Part shown: positions 18,318 through 26,759 of the stretch, in pieces
How positions within the stretch are numbered: position 1 is the first letter of the stretch
How the letters are laid out: each line of letters starts with the position of its first letter
Assembly: GCA_020429915.1 (NCBI GenBank)
Contig: JAGQKV010000019.1
Coordinates: 17,282 to 81,281, forward strand
Origin: Candidatus Omnitrophota bacterium
GTDB lineage: Bacteria; Omnitrophota; Gorgyraeia; Zapsychrales; Zapsychraceae
Length of the DNA stretch: 64,000 bases
Reading direction: 5' to 3'
Notes under the pieces: model-generated
Databases searched by the model: none
Told to the model about the DNA's origin: nothing
What the model saw: the letters and a program-made list of their open reading frames with translations, nothing else
Translations under genes and position numbers: made by a program

Positions 18318-20098
18318 AGATCATACTAACCCGATTATTCGGTGAATCAGCCGGTGAGAAGTCGTTGTACTTGGGACCGTGGTGCGTCGACTACTCCGCA
18401 GGTCAGCCGGCGGACGTCCGCCGGATCTTGGCGAATCCTTGGGCGGACCGGGAAAAGGTCGATCAAGCCGCCGAAGAATGTTTTGCCTATTACCTGAGGC
18501 TGATTAAAGAATTGACCCCGATATTTAATCGTATTCATGGGGTTAATAAGGAGGATCGCTATTGGAAGATACTTGTTGGTCCTTGGCTGCTGAGATTTTT
18601 GCACACGGCCTATGACAGATACATTCATATTGCCGCCGCCCGGGAGGCCTATGGTGAATTTGAGAGCGCGTGTCTTCAACCGGAAGACTATCTGACGCCA
18701 CAGAACACGCTGGATTTTAATTATCGGGTGTTTGATGATTTCTACAATCACCAGTTGTTTACCCGGATCGTCCGTCATATGGACCTGCCGCATTCCTTGC
18801 GGTCCGCCGTCGCGGGGACGACGAATTCCGGAAACGAGACGGAGTATATCAAACGGAAGGAACGATTGCGCGGCTTGAAGAAGCTGTTGAAGTGGGCCAG
18901 TTTTCGGATGGCGGCCAACCGCCGGACGTATTTGTGCGATGTTTATCTTTCGCGGCGCGACATACGCGACATGATTGTTCAAAGTAAGGGCGCTCTTTGG
19001 CCGAGCCAATACACTTGGGAGAATTCCTATCCGCGTATTTATCATAAGGATGAACTGAAACGTTCCGAGCTGAGCCGCATACCGTGGCGCAATGATTTTG
19101 AAGAACTGTTCGTCTCGTTGTTGGCGGATGAGATCCCGGCGCTTTATCTGGAAGGATATGCGTCGGCTTGTCAGCGCATACACGGCGAAATCCGGCGGAT
19201 GCCCGACCGCATTTTCTCTTCCATAGGCTGGTTCTTTAATGAACATCTGAAGTTCTTGGCGGCAGAAAGTCTGCAAAACGGGGTTCACCTTATCGGCAGT
19301 CAGCACGGAGGGGGATATGGTTCGGGTCGGATTCCGGTAGAGCGGCAGGAACTGGATTTGGTGGACACATATTGCACATGGGGTTGGCACGCTCACGGGT
19401 ATGATACGAGGGTGCTTCCGTCTCCGCGATTGCAAGAACAGTTTCGCCGCGAGCATTTGGCGGAGGCAGGACGTCCGGACATCCTCTTTGTGGGTACCAA
19501 CCATCCCCGCTACACTTACTATTTGTACAGTGTCCCATTGAACAGTCAGTTCGATGATTACATTGGCCAGCGCGCAGACTTTTACCGGGCGCTCGAGGGC
19601 ACCGCGCAGGCCGCCGTCCGTTGGCGATTGTACATGCGTCACTACGGCCGATTTGACCGGCAGCGGCTGGCGGCCGATATTCCGGAGGCGCGGTTCGACG
19701 AGGCGCCTTCGATGGAGGCGGCACTAAAAACAGCGCGACTGGCGGTCGTCGACCATTTGATGACCAGTTATCATGAACTGTTGGCGATGAATTTTCCCAC
19801 GATAGTTATCGGTAACGATCGATTATGGGAGGTGCGCGAAGGGGTGCGTGAATTGTATGAGACCTTACAGGAGGCGGGGATTCTGTTCTCAGACCCCCGG
19901 AAGGCGGCCGAGCATATAAATAAGGTTTACCATGATCCCGCCGCCTGGTGGTTCGGTCCGGAGGCCCAGGCGGCGCGCGGTGCTTTCTGCCGGCAAATGG
20001 CGTGCGGTTCTCCGCACTGGTGTTCCCTGTGGCAGCAGATGATCGCTCAACCGCGCCGCGCGGCGAAAAGCGAAGGAGAATTGAGTCGTGTCTGTTAA
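18314..20098 (+). CDS. Large uncharacterised protein, putative transferase of the glycan locus (GT-B/capsule-transferase-like)
   Basis: ~595-aa ORF with a probable GTG start at 18314 (GTGA overlap with the upstream stop). No family recognisable by eye. Distant architectural similarity to the 714-aa ORF at 40127. Confidence 0.45.
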   Translation: MKIILTRLFGESAGEKSLYLGPWCVDYSAGQPADVRRILANPWADREKVDQAAEECFAYYLRLIKELTPIFNRIHGVNKEDRYWKILVGPWLLRFLHTAYDRYIHIAAAREAYGEFESACLQPEDYLTPQNTLDFNYRVFDDFYNHQLFTRIVRHMDLPHSLRSAVAGTTNSGNETEYIKRKERLRGLKKLLKWASFRMAANRRTYLCDVYLSRRDIRDMIVQSKGALWPSQYTWENSYPRIYHKDELKRSELSRIPWRNDFEELFVSLLADEIPALYLEGYASACQRIHGEIRRMPDRIFSSIGWFFNEHLKFLAAESLQNGVHLIGSQHGGGYGSGRIPVERQELDLVDTYCTWGWHAHGYDTRVLPSPRLQEQFRREHLAEAGRPDILFVGTNHPRYTYYLYSVPLNSQFDDYIGQRADFYRALEGTAQAAVRWRLYMRHYGRFDRQRLAADIPEARFDEAPSMEAALKTARLAVVDHLMTSYHELLAMNFPTIVIGNDRLWEVREGVRELYETLQEAGILFSDPRKAAEHINKVYHDPAAWWFGPEAQAARGAFCRQMACGSPHWCSLWQQMIAQPRRAAKSEGELSRVC

Positions 20099-21176
20099 AA
20101 GCGGCCAACACGTACAATTTCGGAATCACGCTTTTATCGTGGGGTCCCTTAAAGTCGGGACAACTTTGTTGCTCTCGCTTTTGGAGGGACACAGGGATGC
20201 CCTGGCCTTTCCGTTTGAGTTGAAGTATCACAAGCTTTTTCATACCGCGGCCGGCGGCGCGTTGGGGAAGGCCCGGGATTTGAATGCGTTCTTCTTGACC
20301 GAGTCGAAATTTACCCATTTTCGAAAGGATCTGCACGACGATCCCTATAACACAGGGATGTTGGATTTCAGCGGTGTGGACTACGGGCGATTGACGGGTT
20401 ACCTAGACGCCTTGCCGAAGGAAGATTACCAGCGGTCGGAGTATTTTGAGGAATTGGCCCGCTCATATATGTACGCGACGGGTGATAGTCGCGAAATGAT
20501 ATCATGCCTTATTGAAAAACCCGGTAACCACGCCCTGGATTATATCGACACGATATATCAGGACTTTCCCGGCGCCAAGATTATCCATCTCGTCCGGGAT
20601 CCGCGCACGACGTTGTCCTCGGCCAAGAACGCCGTTATGAAATATAACGGCGTGTGGGGGCAGTACGAACCGAATGAGATTCTGGAGAAGATTCTTCAGG
20701 GGTTCGAGGTCGCCCGGAAATACGGCGGTACGGAGAGTTATAAAGTGATACGTTACGAGGATCTGGTCGCCCGGCCGCGCGAAGTGGTCGAAGATCTGCT
20801 CAAATGGCTTGGTTTACCGTGGGACGAAAACTGTTTGCGGCCGACGTTCCTGGGGCGGACGTGGCAAGGGAACAGCAGTTCGGATACCAAGTTCCAGGCG
20901 CCGAGCGTCGATCGGGTGGAATCCCCCACCGGAGAATTGACGGCCGGTGAAGATAAGTGGGTCGAGATTCGATTGGCGCGGTATTTGCGCGAATATTCTT
21001 ACTCTCAACGGCATGCGGACATGCCGGTCTTGGAGCGCGCATGGATGATCGTGTGGTTTGGATGCCTGCGGCCTTTATTCAGAAAAGTCGGCTGGACCGC
21101 CTCAAAATTGGTCCGACTTGACCGCTATCCGGCGTACATCAAGAAATGGAAACAGAAACGTGCACGAAGGAGATAA
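20088..21176 (+). CDS. Sulfotransferase (PAPS-dependent) family protein
   Basis: 5'-PSB loop-like IVGSLKVGTTLL and 3'-PB motif HLVRDPRTTLSS (RDPR), the two PAPS-binding signatures of sulfotransferases; 362 aa; GTG start. Confidence 0.65.
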   Translation: MSVKSGQHVQFRNHAFIVGSLKVGTTLLLSLLEGHRDALAFPFELKYHKLFHTAAGGALGKARDLNAFFLTESKFTHFRKDLHDDPYNTGMLDFSGVDYGRLTGYLDALPKEDYQRSEYFEELARSYMYATGDSREMISCLIEKPGNHALDYIDTIYQDFPGAKIIHLVRDPRTTLSSAKNAVMKYNGVWGQYEPNEILEKILQGFEVARKYGGTESYKVIRYEDLVARPREVVEDLLKWLGLPWDENCLRPTFLGRTWQGNSSSDTKFQAPSVDRVESPTGELTAGEDKWVEIRLARYLREYSYSQRHADMPVLERAWMIVWFGCLRPLFRKVGWTASKLVRLDRYPAYIKKWKQKRARRR

Positions 21177-21180
21177 CGTT

Positions 21181-22218
21181 ATGTCCACCTACATAGAGAA
21201 TATTTTGGCCAAAGCTCCTTATGTGATTGCCGAAGCCGGCATCAACCACAATGGCGACCGTGCGCTGGCCCGTGATATGATCGACGCCGCCAAGGAAAAC
21301 GGCGCGGATTGCATCAAGTTTCAGAGTTTTTTGGCTGACAAGTATATCTCCAGGAAGGCGGGCCGTGCGGGTTACCAGAATCAATCTTCGGTCGGCGGTA
21401 AAAGTCAGCATCAGATCATTCAGGAAACGGAAATGAGCCAGGAGATGTATATCGAATTGTGCGCACATGCCGCCAAAAGAGAGATCGATATCTTATCCAC
21501 GCCTTTCGAAGTCTGGAGTTTCCGTTCACTGATGGAGTTGAAGGTCCCGGCCGTCAAGATCAGCTCCTGCAATCTTACGAATTATCCTTTTTTGCGGGAG
21601 ATCTCCGCGACGGGTGTGCCCGTCCTATTGTCCACAGGGATGGGGACCTTGGAGGAGGTGGATAAGGCGGTGACGATATTTAAGGAGAGCGAATCGCCGC
21701 TTATTTTATTTCAGTGTACGTCCAATTATCCGTCCAGGATTGAGAATGCGAATTTAAATGTCCTTAAGACTTACCAGCAGCGTTATGAAGTGCCGGTGGG
21801 TTTGTCGGACCACACACCGACGCATACCACCTGCATTGCGGCGGTGGCTTTGGGTGCGGTCGCCTTGGAGAAACATTTTACGTTGTCCCGGAAGCTTCCG
21901 GGTATCGATCAACAAGCCTCTATAGAGCCGCGGGAACTCAAAGAACTGGTGACCGCCGTGCGGGATTGCCGGAAGGCATTGGGCAGTGCCGAGAAAATGC
22001 GTTCGGATGAAGAGGAAGACACGTTTGTCGCGTTGCGGCGAAGTTTGGTGGCCGCCCGGGATTTGACCAGCGGGGAAGTATTGACCGAGGAGATGATCGC
22101 CATTAAGCGCCCGGGCAATGGATTGACGACGGAATATTTGCCGCGGCTGGTCGGAAAAAAGCTCTCGCGGGATATCGGGGAAGACGAGTTGCTGCGCCTG
22201 GAGGATTTTGGTGACTGA
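21181..22218 (+). CDS. NeuB-family nonulosonate synthase, third paralogue
   Basis: IAEAGINHNGD, IKFQSF and a C-terminal SAF domain. RBS AAGGAG before the ATG at 21181 (the track ORF started 123 nt upstream inside the previous gene). Confidence 0.85.
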   Translation: MSTYIENILAKAPYVIAEAGINHNGDRALARDMIDAAKENGADCIKFQSFLADKYISRKAGRAGYQNQSSVGGKSQHQIIQETEMSQEMYIELCAHAAKREIDILSTPFEVWSFRSLMELKVPAVKISSCNLTNYPFLREISATGVPVLLSTGMGTLEEVDKAVTIFKESESPLILFQCTSNYPSRIENANLNVLKTYQQRYEVPVGLSDHTPTHTTCIAAVALGAVALEKHFTLSRKLPGIDQQASIEPRELKELVTAVRDCRKALGSAEKMRSDEEEDTFVALRRSLVAARDLTSGEVLTEEMIAIKRPGNGLTTEYLPRLVGKKLSRDIGEDELLRLEDFGD

Positions 22219-23122
22219 CAAAAATTTAAGAACCGTGATCTTTGGCGTAAAAGGCATCGCCTTGCAGGCATTCACATGTCTTTTCAATGAAGGGGCTGAC
22301 ATCGTCGCGGTGGTCACCACCGAATCTCCGGAAAACGCGCGGTTGCACGATGCGGCCAGCCGCAAAGGTATCTCCGTTTTTCATGATGCGTGTGCGGATG
22401 CGCTGGCTCCGCTGCAACCCGAGCGGGGACTTGTATTTTCATACCCGCGCCGGATCGGTGATGATGTGCTCGAACTTTGTACCGGGGGTGTTTACAATTT
22501 TCATCCGGCCCGCCTTCCTGATTACCGGGGTTGTCTGCCGACGGTATGGCCTATCCTGAATGGGGATGAGCAGGCGGAGTGTACGGTTCATCGCGTGGTC
22601 CGGGACTTTGACGCAGGGGATGTCGTGTACACCAGGAGTGTTGCCATTGACAGGCGCGAAACCGGGTACTCCTTGTATGGCAAGCTGATGGACGCGGAAG
22701 TGACCTTGCTGGCCGATCATCCTCAACTTTGGCGGCAGTCCCGGCTGACCGGTGAGCCCCAGGACGAATCCCGGGCGCAGTATTTCCGAAACCGGCTGCC
22801 CGGCGGGGGACGGATTGACTGGACGCAGCCGGCGGTCACGGTAGAACGCTTTGTCCGCGCCGTTTACCATCCTGACTTCCGTTGTGCCTACACGGAATGT
22901 GAGGAGTTGACGGTGGAGATATTGGATGCGGAACTCAGCCGGGAACTTGCTCCGGCGGGGGCGGCAGGAAAAGTTTTCTGTGATACGGCGCGGCAGCGAT
23001 TGTTGATCGGTTGCGGCGATGAATTATTGTCAATCCGCCGTATTCGCCTGAAGGATCAGATATGGGACGAGGACTTGGTTTCAAAAATCACTCAACACGT
23101 ACCGCATTTGGTACACAGTTAG
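22208..23122 (+). CDS. Formyltransferase-family protein (Fmt/ArnA-N-like), probable sugar N-formyltransferase
   Basis: Formyl-transferase core HPARLPDYRGCLP (cf. the HPSLLPxxRG motif of Fmt/PurN); 304 aa; TTG/GTG start overlapping the upstream stop. Confidence 0.7.
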   Translation: MVTDKNLRTVIFGVKGIALQAFTCLFNEGADIVAVVTTESPENARLHDAASRKGISVFHDACADALAPLQPERGLVFSYPRRIGDDVLELCTGGVYNFHPARLPDYRGCLPTVWPILNGDEQAECTVHRVVRDFDAGDVVYTRSVAIDRRETGYSLYGKLMDAEVTLLADHPQLWRQSRLTGEPQDESRAQYFRNRLPGGGRIDWTQPAVTVERFVRAVYHPDFRCAYTECEELTVEILDAELSRELAPAGAAGKVFCDTARQRLLIGCGDELLSIRRIRLKDQIWDEDLVSKITQHVPHLVHS

Positions 23123-23136
23123 AAAGGACAAGCGAC

Positions 23137-24162
23137 ATGAAGTTTCTCATTATTGGAGGAGGGTCGATCGGGAAGCGCCACACGCGGAACCTGATTGCCC
23201 TGGGGACATCAAAGGATGACATTACTATCGTTGAAACGCGGGCGGACCGGCAGCAGGAAATCCGCGAAACGATCGGAGTAACCCGGATCTTCGACAATCT
23301 GGATAAAGCGCTCGCCGCAGAGACTTACTTTGCCGGTTTCATTTGCGCGCCCACCAATTTGCATATTCCCATGGGGATTAAATTGGCGGAAAAGGGGATC
23401 CATATTTTGATGGAGAAGCCTCTGGCGCACAACCTGGATGGTATCGAAGATCTAAAGGACAAGGTAGAGTCTAGTAAAGTAGTGGTTGCGTTGGCGTACA
23501 TCTTCCGATTTCATCCGGGCATTCAACGGCTCAAGGAGTTGTTGGTTTCCGGCGCCATCGGAAAGGTTTTGAATGTGCGCGCGGAATTCTCCGAATTTCT
23601 CCCGGATTGGCATCCATGGGAGGATTACCGGACCTTCTACATGGCCAAGAAGTCCAGCGGCGGAGGATCCATTCTGGATCAATGCCATATTATGGACTTG
23701 GTTCATTATTTGGTCGGCGGCTTTAAGTCTGTCTACGCGATCAACACCAAGGTGAGCGGCCTTGAGATTGATGCCGATGACATTGCGGAGATGATTGTCA
23801 CGCTGGACAACGGCGTGGTGGCATCCATCCACACGGATATATTCGGCCGGGATCACAAGAAGTACATCGAGATCAAGGGAGAGCACGGCAATCTTTACTG
23901 GGATTTCTATGCAAATGAAGTCCAGCATTATGTCGCCGATACCAAGATCAAGAATGTCCACCGTAAATTTCCGACGGACTTTAATCTTTGTTATTTGGAA
24001 GAGCTGCGCAACTTTATCGCGGCCTGCGAAGGCAAAGAGGAACCCCGGGCGGACTTGCAGGTCGGGATCGAGACGATGGAACTAATCCTGGCCGCGGAGA
24101 AATCCCAAAAGACGCAAAAGGTCGAGCAGGTTATCAGCACGGAAGCGGCGGGAGTGGCCTAA
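23137..24162 (+). CDS. Gfo/Idh/MocA-family NAD(P)-dependent oxidoreductase
   Basis: N-terminal Rossmann motif MKFLIIGGGSIGKRH and an EKP motif (LMEKPLA) typical of Gfo/Idh/MocA; start at the ATG at 23137. Confidence 0.8.
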   Translation: MKFLIIGGGSIGKRHTRNLIALGTSKDDITIVETRADRQQEIRETIGVTRIFDNLDKALAAETYFAGFICAPTNLHIPMGIKLAEKGIHILMEKPLAHNLDGIEDLKDKVESSKVVVALAYIFRFHPGIQRLKELLVSGAIGKVLNVRAEFSEFLPDWHPWEDYRTFYMAKKSSGGGSILDQCHIMDLVHYLVGGFKSVYAINTKVSGLEIDADDIAEMIVTLDNGVVASIHTDIFGRDHKKYIEIKGEHGNLYWDFYANEVQHYVADTKIKNVHRKFPTDFNLCYLEELRNFIAACEGKEEPRADLQVGIETMELILAAEKSQKTQKVEQVISTEAAGVA

Positions 24163-25083
24163 ATGTCACCGTGTTACCTGTCGTCCAGTTGTTTTTCAAT
24201 GATGCCGATGGAAGACGTGCTGTCGCAATGCCGTCAGAGAGGTATTATGCATCTGGAATGGTCGGCGCCGCATCCGTGGATGGGGGCGCCGGCCATCGCC
24301 GGCTTGCTGCGCGATTCCTTGCCGCACGGGTTTGCGTTTGTCCCGCACAATTATTTTCCGCCGCCCAAGCGGGACTTTGTCCTGAATATTGCGTCGGAAA
24401 ATGAAGCGGTCAAAGACGACTGTCGCCGGTTGATGACGGATGTGCTGGAGATATCGGCCGCGGTCAACGCGCCGCTGTACGGAGTTCACGCCGGATATTT
24501 GGCCGACCCGGTGGCCGGGGCTGACGGGATGTTCCGCTTTCCGGAGGAAACCATCCCCTACGGTCGGGCTATGAAGAACAGTATTGCCTTCGTTGAGGAG
24601 ATTTTGCCGTCTTTTCGGGCCGCCGGCGTCCGACTGCTGATCGAGAATTTGTTTCCCGTCCCGCAGGGAGAGTTCTCGTTGAATTGTTCATTCGAAGAGA
24701 TTAAGGATTTGATGGCGGGGCTTGGGAATGACGTAGGGCTCCTGCTGGATTTGGGTCACTTAAACGTGACGTGCGAGCTGCGTGGAATCAGGCGAAACAG
24801 GATGATCGACGCCTATCTTTCCGAGTTCGGTTCAAGAATTTTCGAAGTGCATTTATCCGAGAATAATGGGCGGGCGGACGAACATAAACCCGTCTTGCCG
24901 GGAAGCTGGCAATTGGAAATTATCAAGGAAATTCAAGGCATCCCGGTCGCCGAGAGCGGTGAGCGTATCTTTTGTCTGGAGGCCAGGCGCAGCCGGGATT
25001 TTGAAGAAATACAACTAAGTCTGGACTGTATCAATGACAGTTTGAGTCAAGCAACCGGCATTCCGGGGGGATTAGGACGATGA
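24163..25083 (+). CDS. Sugar-phosphate isomerase/epimerase (xylose-isomerase-like TIM barrel)
   Basis: 306 aa with a TIM-barrel AP-endonuclease/xylose-isomerase-like pattern (VHAGY..., LIENL..., LDLGH). Confidence 0.55.
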   Translation: MSPCYLSSSCFSMMPMEDVLSQCRQRGIMHLEWSAPHPWMGAPAIAGLLRDSLPHGFAFVPHNYFPPPKRDFVLNIASENEAVKDDCRRLMTDVLEISAAVNAPLYGVHAGYLADPVAGADGMFRFPEETIPYGRAMKNSIAFVEEILPSFRAAGVRLLIENLFPVPQGEFSLNCSFEEIKDLMAGLGNDVGLLLDLGHLNVTCELRGIRRNRMIDAYLSEFGSRIFEVHLSENNGRADEHKPVLPGSWQLEIIKEIQGIPVAESGERIFCLEARRSRDFEEIQLSLDCINDSLSQATGIPGGLGR

Positions 25084-26759
25084 GGGTAAAGAAAGATATT
25101 GAAAAATTCTGCATTACGCAAAACGCAACTATTATCGACGCCATGAAGGTGATCAATGACGCGGATGAACGGGCCTGTTTTATGGTGGATGAGGACCTGA
25201 AGCTGCTGCGTGTGTTTACGGACGGCGATATCCGACGCGCGTTGCTGAACGGAGCCCATCTGGACGATCCGATCCGCGATATTCATGACCGGAAACCGTT
25301 TATTATCAAGGAAGGGCAAAGTATAGATGAAGCGCGGCAATATCTCAGCAAGAGAATTACCGTCGTTCCCATAGTGAACGCTTCCAACCAGGTAACCGGC
25401 ATAGTCCGTGTGCATGAAGTGGAGCCTTTCTTAAATATCAAGTCCCGGGACGTTTTGATCCTCGGTATGGGTTATGTCGGCTTGACGCTCGCCATTATTC
25501 TGGCGGACGAAGGTTTTATGGTTTACGGTTACGACACCAATTCACAGCTGATAGACGATCTTAAAAACAAGAAGATGCCGTTTTATGAACGCGGGATGGA
25601 TAAGTATTTAAAAAAGCTGGTTGCGAATAATTTGAAGCTGGTCGATTCTCTTGAAAAACGCACCGCGGAAATTTATATCATAACAGTGGGTACACCCATC
25701 GATAAAGTGACGATGAAGCCGAAGGATTTCTATATTAAGGAAGCAGCCAAATCCATCGGACAGGTGCTTAAAAAGAATGATTTGGTCATTCTCCGTTCGA
25801 CGGTACCCGTCGGACTGACCCGAAACACGGTTTTACCGATCCTGGAGGAGACGTCCGGTATGAGAGCCGGGGAAGATTTCTACCTGGCTTATTGTCCGGA
25901 ACGTACCGCGGAGGGAAAGGCGCTTGAAGAATTGCGAAAAAATCCTCAGATCATCGGAGGATTTGACGCGCGGAGTACCGAGCTGGCCTCCCGGATGTTT
26001 AATGAAAATACGCATACCGTCATCGATGTGGGTTCCCTGGAGGCGGCGGAGTTGTGCAAACTCATTGATAACACTTACCGTGACACGATCTTTGCCTATT
26101 CCAATTTAATGGCGACATTATGTGAAAAACTCGGCCTCAATCTGACCGAGTTGATTGATAAAGTCAATATGCAGTATCACCGTAATTTGGTCCCTAAGCC
26201 GTCACCGGGGGTCGGCGGAGCTTGTCTCAGTAAAGATCCATACATTCTGATTAAGAATTTTGAGGAATACGGAATTAACGCGAACTTTATCAAGGAAGCC
26301 CGGGGCATCAATGAGGCCGCGCCTAAGAACATATACGCCCGGTCGCAGCAACATCTTGCTCAGGTCGGAAAGTCTCTGACGGAAGCTAAAGTTTTTATTG
26401 TCGGGTTCGCGTTCAAGGGGGAGCCTGAGACGTCGGACCTTCGGGAATCGACGACGCTCTGGTTTCTCGATGAGTTAAAATGGAACGGCGTAAAGAATAT
26501 TTACGGTTACGACCCCCGCATTCCGGCGGAAACGCTGAAGACCCTGGAGATCACGCCGGTAGGAATTGAAGAGGGATTCCGCGACGCGGACGCGGTCTTC
26601 TTTATGAACAACCACAAGTCCTACGTGAATCTTGAAATATTTGATTTGATTGAAATGATGAATAAGCCGGCGCTGTTTTTCGACGGATGGCAGAATTTTC
26701 CGCCGATGGATGTCCGCTGTATTCAGAATATCATTTATTCGGGTGTGGGAGTGGGATGA
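25080..26759 (+). CDS. Fusion protein: N-terminal CBS-domain pair plus UDP-glucose/GDP-mannose-family nucleotide-sugar dehydrogenase
   Basis: Residues 1-~120 are CBS-like (VFTDGDIRRAL). They are followed by an NAD Rossmann motif LGMGYVGL, the catalytic region GGACLSKD and a C-terminal UDP-binding domain; 559 aa. Confidence 0.8.
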   Translation: MRVKKDIEKFCITQNATIIDAMKVINDADERACFMVDEDLKLLRVFTDGDIRRALLNGAHLDDPIRDIHDRKPFIIKEGQSIDEARQYLSKRITVVPIVNASNQVTGIVRVHEVEPFLNIKSRDVLILGMGYVGLTLAIILADEGFMVYGYDTNSQLIDDLKNKKMPFYERGMDKYLKKLVANNLKLVDSLEKRTAEIYIITVGTPIDKVTMKPKDFYIKEAAKSIGQVLKKNDLVILRSTVPVGLTRNTVLPILEETSGMRAGEDFYLAYCPERTAEGKALEELRKNPQIIGGFDARSTELASRMFNENTHTVIDVGSLEAAELCKLIDNTYRDTIFAYSNLMATLCEKLGLNLTELIDKVNMQYHRNLVPKPSPGVGGACLSKDPYILIKNFEEYGINANFIKEARGINEAAPKNIYARSQQHLAQVGKSLTEAKVFIVGFAFKGEPETSDLRESTTLWFLDELKWNGVKNIYGYDPRIPAETLKTLEITPVGIEEGFRDADAVFFMNNHKSYVNLEIFDLIEMMNKPALFFDGWQNFPPMDVRCIQNIIYSGVGVG

